A stretch of DNA of 64,000 nucleotides from an uncultured bacterium (GTDB lineage: Bacteria; Pseudomonadota; Gammaproteobacteria; Burkholderiales; CAIKXV01), in the NCBI GenBank assembly GCA_903873475.1, contig CAIQON010000108.1, positions 1,064-65,063 on the forward strand, read 5' to 3'. Made by a program: the position numbers and the translations under genes. Position 1 is the first letter of the stretch; every line of letters begins with the position of its first letter. This document shows positions 26,753 through 35,969 of this stretch, in pieces. The notes under the pieces are model-generated. The model saw only the letters and a program-made list of their open reading frames with translations, was not told the DNA's origin and did no database searches.

Positions 26753-27808
26753 TCAGTCCGGGCGGATGCCCACGCGCGGGATCACCTCGCGCCACTGCGC
26801 GATCTCGGCATGCACCCGCTTGGTGAAGGCTGGCGGCGGCACCAGCAGCGAGCGTGCGCCCTGCGCGGCGAACAGGTCGCGCAGCCGCGGCCGGCCCGCC
26901 GCGCGCACGATCTCGGCATGCAGCCGGTCGAGCCGGTCGGCAGGCAGCCCCGCCGGGCCGATGATGCCGAACCAGATCGGCATGTCGTAGTCGCCGAAGC
27001 CGGATTCGGCGAAGGTGGGCACCTCGGGCAGCAGCGGGTTGCGCTCCTTGCCGGTCACGGCCAGCGCACGCATCCGGCCCGCCTGGATCGGACCGGCGGC
27101 GCTGGCGATGCTCGAGGTACCGACGTCGACGCGCCCGGCGACGATCTCGGCGATCGAACCGGCCACGCCCTTGAACGGCACGTGCACCATCTTCAGCTTG
27201 TTGCGGTCGATGAACAGCTCGGCGGCCAGGTGCGAGGAGGTGCCGTTGCCGCCGGTGGCGAAGGTGACCTCGCCCGGCCGGTTGCGCGCGAGCTGCACCA
27301 GGTCCTTCGGGCTGCGCGCCGGGAACTCGAGCCGGCTGAACCAGACGGTCGGGGCCTCGGCGATCAGCGTGACCGGCTGGAAATCGCGCACCGGATCGTA
27401 GGTCATCTGCTTGCCGTACAGCGCCGGCGCGATGGAAAACGAGTTCTCGGTCATCAGCAGCGTGTAGCCGTCGGGCGTTGACTTCGCGACGGTGGCCGCA
27501 CCGATGGTGGTGCCGGCACCGGCCCGGTTCTCGACCAGCACCGACTGGCCGAGCGATTCGCCCATGTCTGCAGCCAGCCCGCGCGCGACCACGTCGGTGA
27601 ACGACCCGGGCACCACCGGTACCACGATGCGCATCGGCTTCACCGGCCACTGCGCCTGGGCAGCGGCCTGGGGCATGAGCACCACTGCCACGGCAGCGAG
27701 GCCTGCGGCAGCCACCAGGGCGCGCAGCCCGCTGCAAGGGACGATCGACGGCGCGCCGCCGGCATACAATCGGGTCAAGGTCTTCCCTGCCTCTCGAACT
27801 GTGATCAC
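26753..27808 (-). CDS. Bug/TctC-family substrate-binding protein
   Basis: QWPVKPMRIVVPVVPGSFTD. Start ambiguous: GTG at 27808 (only 1 nt from the divergent ATG at 27810) or in-frame TTG at 27778 after GAGGCAGGGAAG. Confidence 0.85.
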   Translation of the reverse strand: MITVREAGKTLTRLYAGGAPSIVPCSGLRALVAAAGLAAVAVVLMPQAAAQAQWPVKPMRIVVPVVPGSFTDVVARGLAADMGESLGQSVLVENRAGAGTTIGAATVAKSTPDGYTLLMTENSFSIAPALYGKQMTYDPVRDFQPVTLIAEAPTVWFSRLEFPARSPKDLVQLARNRPGEVTFATGGNGTSSHLAAELFIDRNKLKMVHVPFKGVAGSIAEIVAGRVDVGTSSIASAAGPIQAGRMRALAVTGKERNPLLPEVPTFAESGFGDYDMPIWFGIIGPAGLPADRLDRLHAEIVRAAGRPRLRDLFAAQGARSLLVPPPAFTKRVHAEIAQWREVIPRVGIRPD

Positions 27809-27809
27809 G

Positions 27810-28265
27810 ATGACATCCTACTACGAAGACTTTGCCGTCGGCGCCCGCTACCCCACCTACAGCCGCACGGTGACCGAAGGCGACCACTCCCTGTTCTGCG
27901 CGCTGGTCGGCTACCACGTGCCGTTGTTCATCGACGAAGAGTTCGCGAAGAAGACGCCCTATGGCGGCCGCATCTGCCCGAGCCACCTGATCATGTCGTT
28001 CTCCACCGGCATGACCGAGAGCCTGTTCCGCACCTCGGTGGTCGGCCTGCTGGCGCTCGATGGCGGCCGGTTCTTCGCGCCGGTGCGCATCGGCGACACC
28101 ATCCGCACCGACGTCGAGGTCCTGTCCAAGCGCGAGACTTCGAAGCCCGACCGCGGGCTGGTCGTGTTCCGCGACCTGGTCTACAACCAGCGCGACGAGC
28201 TGGTGTTCCAGATGGACAAGACCGTGCTGATGCGCACCCGCGCCAGCCTGCCGCCCGCGGCCTGA
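27810..28265 (+). CDS. MaoC-like hydratase/hotdog-fold protein
   Basis: ...TVTEGDHSLFCALVGYHVPLFIDEEFAKKTPYGGRICPSHL.... Confidence 0.8.
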   Translation: MTSYYEDFAVGARYPTYSRTVTEGDHSLFCALVGYHVPLFIDEEFAKKTPYGGRICPSHLIMSFSTGMTESLFRTSVVGLLALDGGRFFAPVRIGDTIRTDVEVLSKRETSKPDRGLVVFRDLVYNQRDELVFQMDKTVLMRTRASLPPAA

Positions 28266-28279
28266 TACGGAGAGCACCC

Positions 28280-29491
28280 ATGGCAACGCATGCAACCGGC
28301 ACGATCGACGCCTTCGGCGACCCGCTCGCCTTCCGCGCCCGGCAGGGCACCGCACGGCCGGCGGTCGTGCGCAATGTCGCCGGCCATGACGTGTTCACGG
28401 TCGAGGCGCGCCAGATGGCGCACCACCAGAAGGAAGCCGTGGTCACCGAGGGCGATGCCGGCAGCGCCTGGCGCATCACCAGCGACGAGGGACGGCACCT
28501 GTCCGGCACCGACCTCGCGCCGTTCCCGCTCGGGGTGTTCAATGCGGGCCTGCATGGCGACCTTTACAACCGGCTGCTGGCCTCGGCACCGGTGGCCGGC
28601 ATCGACATCGACGACCTGCGCATCCACCTCGACAACCGCTACAGCCTGACCGGCTCGTTCGTGCGCGGCGATGCGGTCGGGCAGGCGGAACCGACACGGG
28701 TGACGGTCAAGGTGAAGTCGCCCGCCGCGCCCGCCGCGGTGCGCGGCTGGGTCGAGGCTGCGGTCGTCGCCTCGCCCGCGATGGCCGCACTGAGCACCCC
28801 GCTCGAGAACACCTTCGCGATCTACGTGAACGGACGCCGGCGCAGCGTCACTGCGCTGCCCGCCTCCACGGCGCCGGATGCAGCGGATCCCTACCGGGTC
28901 CATGCCAGCCCACCACGGCCGGTGCCCGGTCCGGATCCGCTGCAGCCGCTGATCCTGCGCACCGGTGAACAGCGCCCGGGCGTGTCGCAACCGGCACAGG
29001 CCTCGCCGACCGGGCGCGTGCTGCGCCTGATTGTCGGCGACAGCCACCTGCTCGACCCCGCCGGTGTCACCAGCACGGATACCTGGCTCGAGCTTCCCGC
29101 AGCCAGCCACTTTGCACTGCGCACCGACGAGCGGCCCGGCACCGGCAGCGCCGGCGACCAGGGGCCGTGCGGGCTGTCGCTGCTGTCGGCTGGCATCGTC
29201 TTCTGCTACATGACCCAGCTCTCGCGCTACATCGAGAACATGAAGCTGGACATCGGCGGCGTGCGCGTCGTGCAGTACACGCCGTTCGCCCTGGAGGGCA
29301 GCCTGGCCGCCGGCACCCTCGCGGGACGGGCGCTGCCGGTGGACACCCACCTGTTCCTCAACGGCGGTGCCGCAGACGAAGTGTTCGAGCGGCTGCAGAA
29401 GATCGCCGCCATCACCTGCTACCTGCATGCGACGCTCGCCACGCCGCTGCCGCCGGAAGTGGCCGTCGAGCACGAGGGCACGGCACGCTGA
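28280..29491 (+). CDS. Hypothetical protein with two OsmC-like segments
   Basis: N-terminal ...ITSDEGRHLSGTDLAPFPLGVFNAGL... and C-terminal ...GPCGLSLLSAGIVFCYMTQL... both resemble the OsmC/Ohr core (xDEP..G.D.gP.P.ell..al..C). They are joined by a Pro-rich linker. Confidence 0.4.
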   Translation: MATHATGTIDAFGDPLAFRARQGTARPAVVRNVAGHDVFTVEARQMAHHQKEAVVTEGDAGSAWRITSDEGRHLSGTDLAPFPLGVFNAGLHGDLYNRLLASAPVAGIDIDDLRIHLDNRYSLTGSFVRGDAVGQAEPTRVTVKVKSPAAPAAVRGWVEAAVVASPAMAALSTPLENTFAIYVNGRRRSVTALPASTAPDAADPYRVHASPPRPVPGPDPLQPLILRTGEQRPGVSQPAQASPTGRVLRLIVGDSHLLDPAGVTSTDTWLELPAASHFALRTDERPGTGSAGDQGPCGLSLLSAGIVFCYMTQLSRYIENMKLDIGGVRVVQYTPFALEGSLAAGTLAGRALPVDTHLFLNGGAADEVFERLQKIAAITCYLHATLATPLPPEVAVEHEGTAR

Positions 29492-29567
29492 CCATCAGCG
29501 ATCGCTGCCCTGCCGTCGACCCTTCCACGATCGCGTATCGCCCCACCATCCTTCACGGGAGACCGCC

Positions 29568-30377
29568 ATGCCCCATGTGACCGCCGACGACGGCATCAAG
29601 CTCGCCTACCAGGTCGACGACTTCAGCGACCCGTGGCTGCCGGACGATCCCCTGCTGCTGCTGCATGCCGCCATCGGCAGCACGAAGCGCTGGTACTCGA
29701 TGGTGCCAGCCCTGTCGCGCCACCACCGGATCATCCGCATGGACCTGCGCGGGCACGGCGCTTCCGACGTGCCTGACCCGTCCTCGCCGTTCTCGCTGGC
29801 GCGGCTGGCGAAGGACACGCTGACGCTGATGGATGAACTCGGGCTGGGGAAGGTGCACATCCTCGGCAACTCGGCTGGCGGCTACGTCGGCCAGCGGCTC
29901 GCGATCGACAACCCCGAGCGGGTGAAGAGCCTGGTGCTCTACGGATCGACACCCGGACTGACCCGCAGCCAGGTCAGCACCTGGGTGCCTCACATGGGCG
30001 CGATCGGCATCCGCCCGTTCCTGGCCGAGACGATCTCGGACCGCTTCCCGGTGGACGCGGTCGATCCGCGCTTCGTCGAGTGGTTCCTCGACGAGGCGGC
30101 GAAGAACGACCTCGCGTTCATCCAGCGCTTCGTCGGCCACATGTCGACGGTGGACATGATGGAGGAGATCCGCGCGATCCGCTGCCCGGTGCTGATGATC
30201 GCGCCCGGCGCCGAGCCGGTCGGGCATGCCTCGACCTACGAGGACATGAAGGTGCGCATCCCCGACAACGAACTGGTGTACTACGACGGCGCGCGCCACA
30301 ACATCTGCGACTACCTGCCGGACCGCTGCGCAGCCGACACGCTCGCCTGGCTGCAGCGGCGGTTCCCGCGCGGCTGA
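29568..30377 (+). CDS. Alpha/beta hydrolase (3-oxoadipate enol-lactonase-like subgroup)
   Basis: ...LAYQVDDFSDPW...LLLLHA...RMDLRGHGAS, nucleophile elbow GNSAGG, C-terminal GARHN. ATG after GGGAGA. Confidence 0.8.
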   Translation: MPHVTADDGIKLAYQVDDFSDPWLPDDPLLLLHAAIGSTKRWYSMVPALSRHHRIIRMDLRGHGASDVPDPSSPFSLARLAKDTLTLMDELGLGKVHILGNSAGGYVGQRLAIDNPERVKSLVLYGSTPGLTRSQVSTWVPHMGAIGIRPFLAETISDRFPVDAVDPRFVEWFLDEAAKNDLAFIQRFVGHMSTVDMMEEIRAIRCPVLMIAPGAEPVGHASTYEDMKVRIPDNELVYYDGARHNICDYLPDRCAADTLAWLQRRFPRG

Positions 30378-30398
30378 GGCTCGGCTGCGCGGTACGGA

Positions 30399-31205
30399 TC
30401 AGGCCGCGTGCTTCAGCAGAAAGCGCTTGAGCTCCTGTGCACAACGGTCGGGCTCAGCATCGGTGATGTTGTGCGGCAGGCCATCGTAGACCACGAACTC
30501 GCAGCCCGGAACCCGCTCGGCGATCGGCCGGTATTCGTCGGCCGGATGCAACGGGTCGGCGCCTGGCACCACCACCAGCATCGGACAGGCGATCTTCGGC
30601 AGGTCGTCCTGCAGGTCGACGGTAGCCATCATCGGCACGAAGCGCGCGAGCACCTCGACCGGGGTACGCGCCGACTCGGCGATGAACCAGTCGACGAAGC
30701 CCGGCTTGGCAGTCGACAGGTCGACGCGGTCGGCGATCGTCTCGCGCAGGAAGGTGGCCACGCCCTTGGCGCCGATGCGCGACACCCAGCCGGCGTAGTC
30801 GGTCGCGACCTTCTTCATGCCAGGTACCGATGCGAAGCTCGCCAGCGTGCGCACCCGAGACGGGTGGTGAATGGCCATGCCCTGCGAGACGATGCCGCCG
30901 GCAGACGAGCCGGCGAGGTGCGCCTTGTCCACGCCCAGGTGATCGAGCAGTTCCACCACGTCCTGCATCAGCCGCGGGAACGACAGCTGGTCGGGACCGG
31001 GGATGCCGGTTTCGCCATGCCCGCGCTGGTCGATCCGCACCACCCGGAAGTGGCGGGCGAGGTGCGGCACCCAGGCGTAGAAGCGGCGCGAGCTGCCCAT
31101 GGCAGCATGGACCAGCACCAGCGTCTCTGCCTTGCGCCAGGGATCGGTGCAGTCATCGACGACGTAGCGCAGTTCGAGGCCATCGCTGGCGACCAGGGTT
31201 TGCAT
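30399..31205 (-). CDS. Alpha/beta hydrolase paralog
   Basis: ...LRYVVDDCTDPW...LVLVHA...RIDQRGHGET, GSSAGG, GLPHN. ATG at 31205 after AAGGA. Confidence 0.8.
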   Translation of the reverse strand: MQTLVASDGLELRYVVDDCTDPWRKAETLVLVHAAMGSSRRFYAWVPHLARHFRVVRIDQRGHGETGIPGPDQLSFPRLMQDVVELLDHLGVDKAHLAGSSAGGIVSQGMAIHHPSRVRTLASFASVPGMKKVATDYAGWVSRIGAKGVATFLRETIADRVDLSTAKPGFVDWFIAESARTPVEVLARFVPMMATVDLQDDLPKIACPMLVVVPGADPLHPADEYRPIAERVPGCEFVVYDGLPHNITDAEPDRCAQELKRFLLKHAA

Positions 31206-31215
31206 GTCCGTTCCT

Positions 31216-31998
31216 TCAGTAGGCTGACCGGCCACCGTCGGCCGGGATCGTTGCACCAGTGATCATGCGCGACTCGTCGCTCGCCAGGAACAGCGCGATG
31301 TTGGCGATGTCCTCCGGGCGCCCGACCCAGAACGGGTAGTCGCGTACCCGGCCAGCGGCATCCTGCCGGTCGGCGACCGGTCCGGGTGCGCCGGCGGTGC
31401 CGTAGTTGTTCAGGATGCGGTCGGTGAGGATGCGCCCGGCGCAGATCGCATTCGCCCGGATATTGTCCTTCGCGTAGCTGCCGGCCAGTGCGCGGGTGAA
31501 CGACAGGATCGCGCCCTTGGCCGCGGTGTAGACATGCTTCGGACTGCTGCCGCGCAGCGCGGCGCCGGAAGACATGTTGACCACCGAACCGCCACCCGCC
31601 TTCACGAGTTCCGGGATGCCGTGCCGGCAGACCAGCATCGCCCCGCGCACGTCGAGCGCCATCGTGCGGTCCCAGACGTCGAGCTCGACCTCGGTGACCA
31701 GGCTGTCCTCGTTGAGCGAGCCACCGGCGCAGTTGAACAGGATATCGAGCCGGCCATGGCGGGCCACGGCCGCGCCGACGGCCGCGCGTACGCTCGCTTC
31801 GTCGGTGACGTCGGTGCGTACCGCCATCGCGTCTCCACCCGCATCGGCCACGTCGCGCGCCGTGGCCTCGCCCAGCGCGCCGTCGATCTCGGCCACCACC
31901 ACCTTCGCGCCCTCGCGTGCGAACAGCAGCGACGCGGCACGTGCGATGCCGGAACCACCGCCCGTGATGAACGCGACCTTGCCGTCGAGCCGGTTCAC
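31216..31998 (-). CDS. Short-chain dehydrogenase/reductase (SDR)
   Basis: GKVAFITGGGSGIARA (TGxxxGxG), NCAG, and YTAAK (YxxxK). GTG start. Confidence 0.9.
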   Translation of the reverse strand: MNRLDGKVAFITGGGSGIARAASLLFAREGAKVVVAEIDGALGEATARDVADAGGDAMAVRTDVTDEASVRAAVGAAVARHGRLDILFNCAGGSLNEDSLVTEVELDVWDRTMALDVRGAMLVCRHGIPELVKAGGGSVVNMSSGAALRGSSPKHVYTAAKGAILSFTRALAGSYAKDNIRANAICAGRILTDRILNNYGTAGAPGPVADRQDAAGRVRDYPFWVGRPEDIANIALFLASDESRMITGATIPADGGRSAY

Positions 31999-32011
31999 GC
32001 GACTGCCGCGC

Positions 32012-32833
32012 TCACGGCCGCAGTTCCGGGAAGTGCTGGCGCAGGAAGCGCAGTACCTCGGCCACGCAGCGGTCGGGCTGGTAGTCGTACAGGTTGTGCC
32101 GGCCGTTCTCGTACACGACCCGCTCGCTGTTCGGGATCAGGCGTGCCATCTCGGCGAACGCCGATCCGGTGCCGATCGGATGCGCACCGGGTTCGACGAT
32201 CAGCGTCGGGCAGGCGATGCGATGCACCTGGTCCATGAAGTCGGTGTCGGTCCAGTGGCCGATGAAGCGCTTCAGAAACTCGAGGTCGTTCTTGCAGATC
32301 TCGTCGAGCACCCATGCGACCAGCCGCGGATCGGCCTCGCCCACCGGCAGGCGTTCGTCGATGGTCTCGCCGAACACGGCACGCATGCCACGCACCGAGG
32401 CCTCTGCCAGCCAGCGCTTGCCCTGGTCGCCCTTGAAGCCCGGCGTCGAGCTGAACAGCGACAGGCTCTTCACCCGCGACGGGTGGTGGATCGCCAGCAG
32501 CTGACCGGTATAGCCGCCGGCCGAGCCGCCCAGGATGTGTACGCTGTCGAGCTTCAGCACATCGAGCAGCTCGAGCACGTCCTGGCTCAGCCGCTCCTTG
32601 TCGTGCGGCACGCTGGCTGGCGGCACCTGCGACTCGCCATGGCCACGCGAGTCCATGCGTACCACCCGCAGGTGGCGCGAGAGCCCTGGCACCATCGAGA
32701 AGAAGCGCTTCGAGCTGCTCATCGCCGAATGCAGCATCAGCAGCGTCGGCGCATTGCGCCACGGATCGGTGAAATCGTCGACGTGGCAGGCGATGCGCAC
32801 GCCATCGCTGGTGGTGAAGGTTTCCATGCTCAT
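32012..32833 (-). CDS. Alpha/beta hydrolase paralog
   Basis: ...IACHVDDFTDPW...LLMLHS...RMDSRGHGES, GGSAGG, NGRHN. Its ATG overlaps the upstream paralog's stop (ATGA). Confidence 0.8.
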   Translation of the reverse strand: MSMETFTTSDGVRIACHVDDFTDPWRNAPTLLMLHSAMSSSKRFFSMVPGLSRHLRVVRMDSRGHGESQVPPASVPHDKERLSQDVLELLDVLKLDSVHILGGSAGGYTGQLLAIHHPSRVKSLSLFSSTPGFKGDQGKRWLAEASVRGMRAVFGETIDERLPVGEADPRLVAWVLDEICKNDLEFLKRFIGHWTDTDFMDQVHRIACPTLIVEPGAHPIGTGSAFAEMARLIPNSERVVYENGRHNLYDYQPDRCVAEVLRFLRQHFPELRP

Positions 32834-33639
32834 GGCTCGACCTTTTCGAGGAACTTCAGGTATTCGAGCGCGCAGGCATCCGGGATCTCCGCGGTCATGC
32901 CATGGCTCGCGCCCGGGAAGGTGACGAAGGTGCAGTCGCGGATGTAGCCGAGCATGCGCTCGTACTCACTGCGCTCGACCATCGGGTCAGGGTCCGGCAC
33001 CCCCATCATGACGGGGAATCGGAAGTCGGCCAGGCGCTCGGTCCAGTCCTCGCTCGCCATCAGCGGCACGAAGCGCGACAGGTACTCGACCGTGAGCCCA
33101 TCGGCGGAGTCGAGGTACCACTTCACCTGTTCCGGCGAGGCATCGCCGATACGGTCGCGCACCGTCTGCTCCAGGAAGCCACGTACGCCGGCCTTGCCGA
33201 CGCGCGCCATCCAGTCGCCCTTCTGCGGGCGGCTGGGTGGGATGCCGGCGGTGGCTGCATAGAGGGCGAGGCTGCGGAAGCGACCTGGCTCGCGGATCGC
33301 CGCCTGACCGGCGATCATCCCGCCGGCGGAAGAGCCCATCACATGTGCGGATGCGATCCCCAGGTGGTCGAACAGTTCGAACAGGTCGAGCGACAGCCGG
33401 TCGTGCCCGACCCCGTCCAGCGGGCCCGGCTCAGACTGGCCGTGGCCGCGGGTGTCCGGACGCACCACGCGGAACCGGCGCGCCAGGTGCGGCACCCATC
33501 CGAACAGGCGCAGCGAACTGCCCATGCCCGGATGCAGCAGCACGACCGTCGGCGCGCGGGTCCACGGATCGGTGAAATCGTCGATGCGGTAGAACAGGCG
33601 AGTGCCGTCGCTCGCGGTCCAGTGGTGTTCGGCGGTCAT
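32830..33639 (-). CDS. Alpha/beta hydrolase paralog
   Basis: ...LFYRIDDFTDPW...VVLLHP...RPDTRGHGQS, GSSAGG, GASHG. ATG at 33639 after GGGAGGA. Confidence 0.8.
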   Translation of the reverse strand: MTAEHHWTASDGTRLFYRIDDFTDPWTRAPTVVLLHPGMGSSLRLFGWVPHLARRFRVVRPDTRGHGQSEPGPLDGVGHDRLSLDLFELFDHLGIASAHVMGSSAGGMIAGQAAIREPGRFRSLALYAATAGIPPSRPQKGDWMARVGKAGVRGFLEQTVRDRIGDASPEQVKWYLDSADGLTVEYLSRFVPLMASEDWTERLADFRFPVMMGVPDPDPMVERSEYERMLGYIRDCTFVTFPGASHGMTAEIPDACALEYLKFLEKVEP

Positions 33640-33804
33640 CTGCTGTGTCCGTCCTCCCGGCCACGGACGCATCGCGGGTCCGCGCAGGCTTCGATGAAGG
33701 AAACGCATGGATGCTTCTGCATCGATGCATGATCTCCAGCCAGATTATCACAAGGCGTCTGCTACCATTTTGCATCCGGCACCCACCACAGGCCACGCAC
33801 GATC

Positions 33805-34767
33805 ATGAACAGCCGCGCTGCATTGCCGTCCCTTCTCGCCGCACTGCTCGTGCCTGCTGCAGCCACCGCCGCCGAGTTCCCCGTCAAGCCGATCCGCTGG
33901 ATCGTGCCGTTCGCCCCGGGCGGCAGTGCCGACGCGCTCGCGCGCACGGTACAGCCGGCGTTCGCCGAAGCCTTCGGCCAGCAGTTGCTGATCGACAACC
34001 GCGCCGGTGCCAGCAGCACCATTGGCTCCGAGATGATGGTGAAGGCGCCGCCCGACGGCTACACCCTGCTGCTGATCACCACCACCCACACGATCAACCC
34101 GAGCCTGATGAAGCTGCCGTTCGATCCGGTGAAGGATTTCGCTCCGGTCTCGCTCATCCTGTCGCAGCCGAACATCCTCGTGGTGCACCCGTCGGTGCCG
34201 GTGAAGTCGGTAAAGGAGCTGGTGGCTCTGGCGCGAGCGAAGCCCAGCTCGCTCAGCTACGCCTCCGGCGGCAGCGGCAGCTCGCCGCACCTGTCCGGCG
34301 AACTGTTCAAGCTGGTCGCGGGCATCGACCTGGTGCACATTCCCTACAAGAGTTCCGGCCCGGGCGTGAACGACCTGCTCGGCGGCCATGTCCCGATGAT
34401 GTTCGTCGGGCCGCTGGCGGTCGACGGCTTCGTGAAGACCGGCCGGCTCAGGGCACTGGCCGTGGCGGACGTGCGGCGTAATGCGGTGGTGCCGAACGTG
34501 CCGACGATGAAGGAGGCCGGCTTCGGTGGGGTCGAGACCGGCACCTGGTTCGGCATCACTGCGCCGCCTGCAACGCCGCGCGCAATCATCACCACGGCGA
34601 ACGCGGCGATGGTGAAGGCGCTGGCCGGCCGTGACCTCAAGGCCAAGCTCGATGCGATCGGCGTGGATATCGTCGCCAGCACCCCGGAGGCGTTCGGTGC
34701 CCATATCAGCGCCGAGATCGCCAAGTGGGCCGCAGTGGTGCGCAAGGCCAACGTGAAGATGGACTGA
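33805..34767 (+). CDS. Bug/TctC-family substrate-binding protein
   Basis: EFPVKPIRWIVPFAPGGSADA after a signal peptide. Confidence 0.9.
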   Translation: MNSRAALPSLLAALLVPAAATAAEFPVKPIRWIVPFAPGGSADALARTVQPAFAEAFGQQLLIDNRAGASSTIGSEMMVKAPPDGYTLLLITTTHTINPSLMKLPFDPVKDFAPVSLILSQPNILVVHPSVPVKSVKELVALARAKPSSLSYASGGSGSSPHLSGELFKLVAGIDLVHIPYKSSGPGVNDLLGGHVPMMFVGPLAVDGFVKTGRLRALAVADVRRNAVVPNVPTMKEAGFGGVETGTWFGITAPPATPRAIITTANAAMVKALAGRDLKAKLDAIGVDIVASTPEAFGAHISAEIAKWAAVVRKANVKMD

Positions 34768-34772
34768 AGCGC

Positions 34773-35879
34773 ATGCCGATCACCGCCGCCTCGCCCCTGC
34801 CCGCAGGCCCCAAAGGCGGAAAGCCGCGCATCGCCTTCATCGGCGCGGGCGCAGTTGGCGGCTACGTCGGTGCCCACCTGTTCCGGGCGGGTCACGACGT
34901 GACGCTGATCGACCCCTGGCCGGCGCATGTGGAGGCGATCCGTCGCGACGGGCTCGCGTTCAGCGGCACGGTCGGTGAATACAGGATTCCAGTGCCGGCC
35001 CTGCACATCCACGAAGCGCAGCAGGTCTCAGGCCGACGTCCAGTGGACATCGCCTTTGTATGCACCAAGCTCTACGACACCGCCTGGGCGGCGTCGCTCG
35101 CCGGCAGTTGCCTGAAGCCCGACGGCTTCGTGGTCACCATGCAGAACTGCCTGGTCGAGGGGCTGGTCGCCGGTATCGTCGGTGCCGACCGCACGCTCGG
35201 CTGCATCGCCAGCACGCTCAGCGCCGAGGCCCATCGGCCCGGCGGCATCGTGCGTACGCGCCAGCCCGGCGGCGGCGGCTACACGATCTTCCGCGCCGGC
35301 GAGCTGCACGGCCGGATCACGCCGCGGCTGCAATCGCTGGTCGAGATGCTCGGCCAGGTCGACAGCGCGCGTGCCACGTCCAACCTGTGGGGCGAGCGCT
35401 GGTCGAAGCTGGTGGCCAACACGATGACCACCGCGCTGTCGGCCAGCACCGGCATGACGCTGAAGTCGATCGTCGCCGGGGCAGACACGCGCGCGATCAT
35501 GGTCCGGCTGGCCGCCGAGGCGATCCGTATCGGCGTCGCCCTCGGTTACGCCCTCGAGCCGATCCGCACGCTCGACGCACAGGCCTGGCTCGACTGCGCC
35601 GCAGGCGACGCTGCAGCCCGGGAAGCCGTCGACGCCGCGTTCGACAATGAACTGATGCGTATGACCGACCGGGGCTATTCAGGCATGGCACAGGATCTGC
35701 GCAAGGGCCGGCGGACCGAGAACGATTTCATGAACGGCCATGTCGCGCGGCGTGGCCGCGAGGCCGGCTTGCCAGCCCCGACCCACGAAACGCTGTCGCT
35801 GCTGATCAGCCGGATCGAGCGCGGAGAAGCAGCGATGGATCCAGCCCACCTCGATTCGCTGGTGGATGCGGCTGCCTGA
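34773..35879 (+). CDS. Ketopantoate reductase (PanE/ApbA) family oxidoreductase
   Basis: RIAFIGAGAVGGYVGAHLFRAGHDVTLI Rossmann motif and ...CTKLYDT.... Confidence 0.8.
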   Translation: MPITAASPLPAGPKGGKPRIAFIGAGAVGGYVGAHLFRAGHDVTLIDPWPAHVEAIRRDGLAFSGTVGEYRIPVPALHIHEAQQVSGRRPVDIAFVCTKLYDTAWAASLAGSCLKPDGFVVTMQNCLVEGLVAGIVGADRTLGCIASTLSAEAHRPGGIVRTRQPGGGGYTIFRAGELHGRITPRLQSLVEMLGQVDSARATSNLWGERWSKLVANTMTTALSASTGMTLKSIVAGADTRAIMVRLAAEAIRIGVALGYALEPIRTLDAQAWLDCAAGDAAAREAVDAAFDNELMRMTDRGYSGMAQDLRKGRRTENDFMNGHVARRGREAGLPAPTHETLSLLISRIERGEAAMDPAHLDSLVDAAA

Positions 35880-35969
35880 CTGCACGAGAAAGGGCTGGCC
35901 TGGACAATCAGGGCAAGGCAGCCGCAAGGGCGCACGACGCAACGAATGATCGACAGGGGAGAACAGGCA

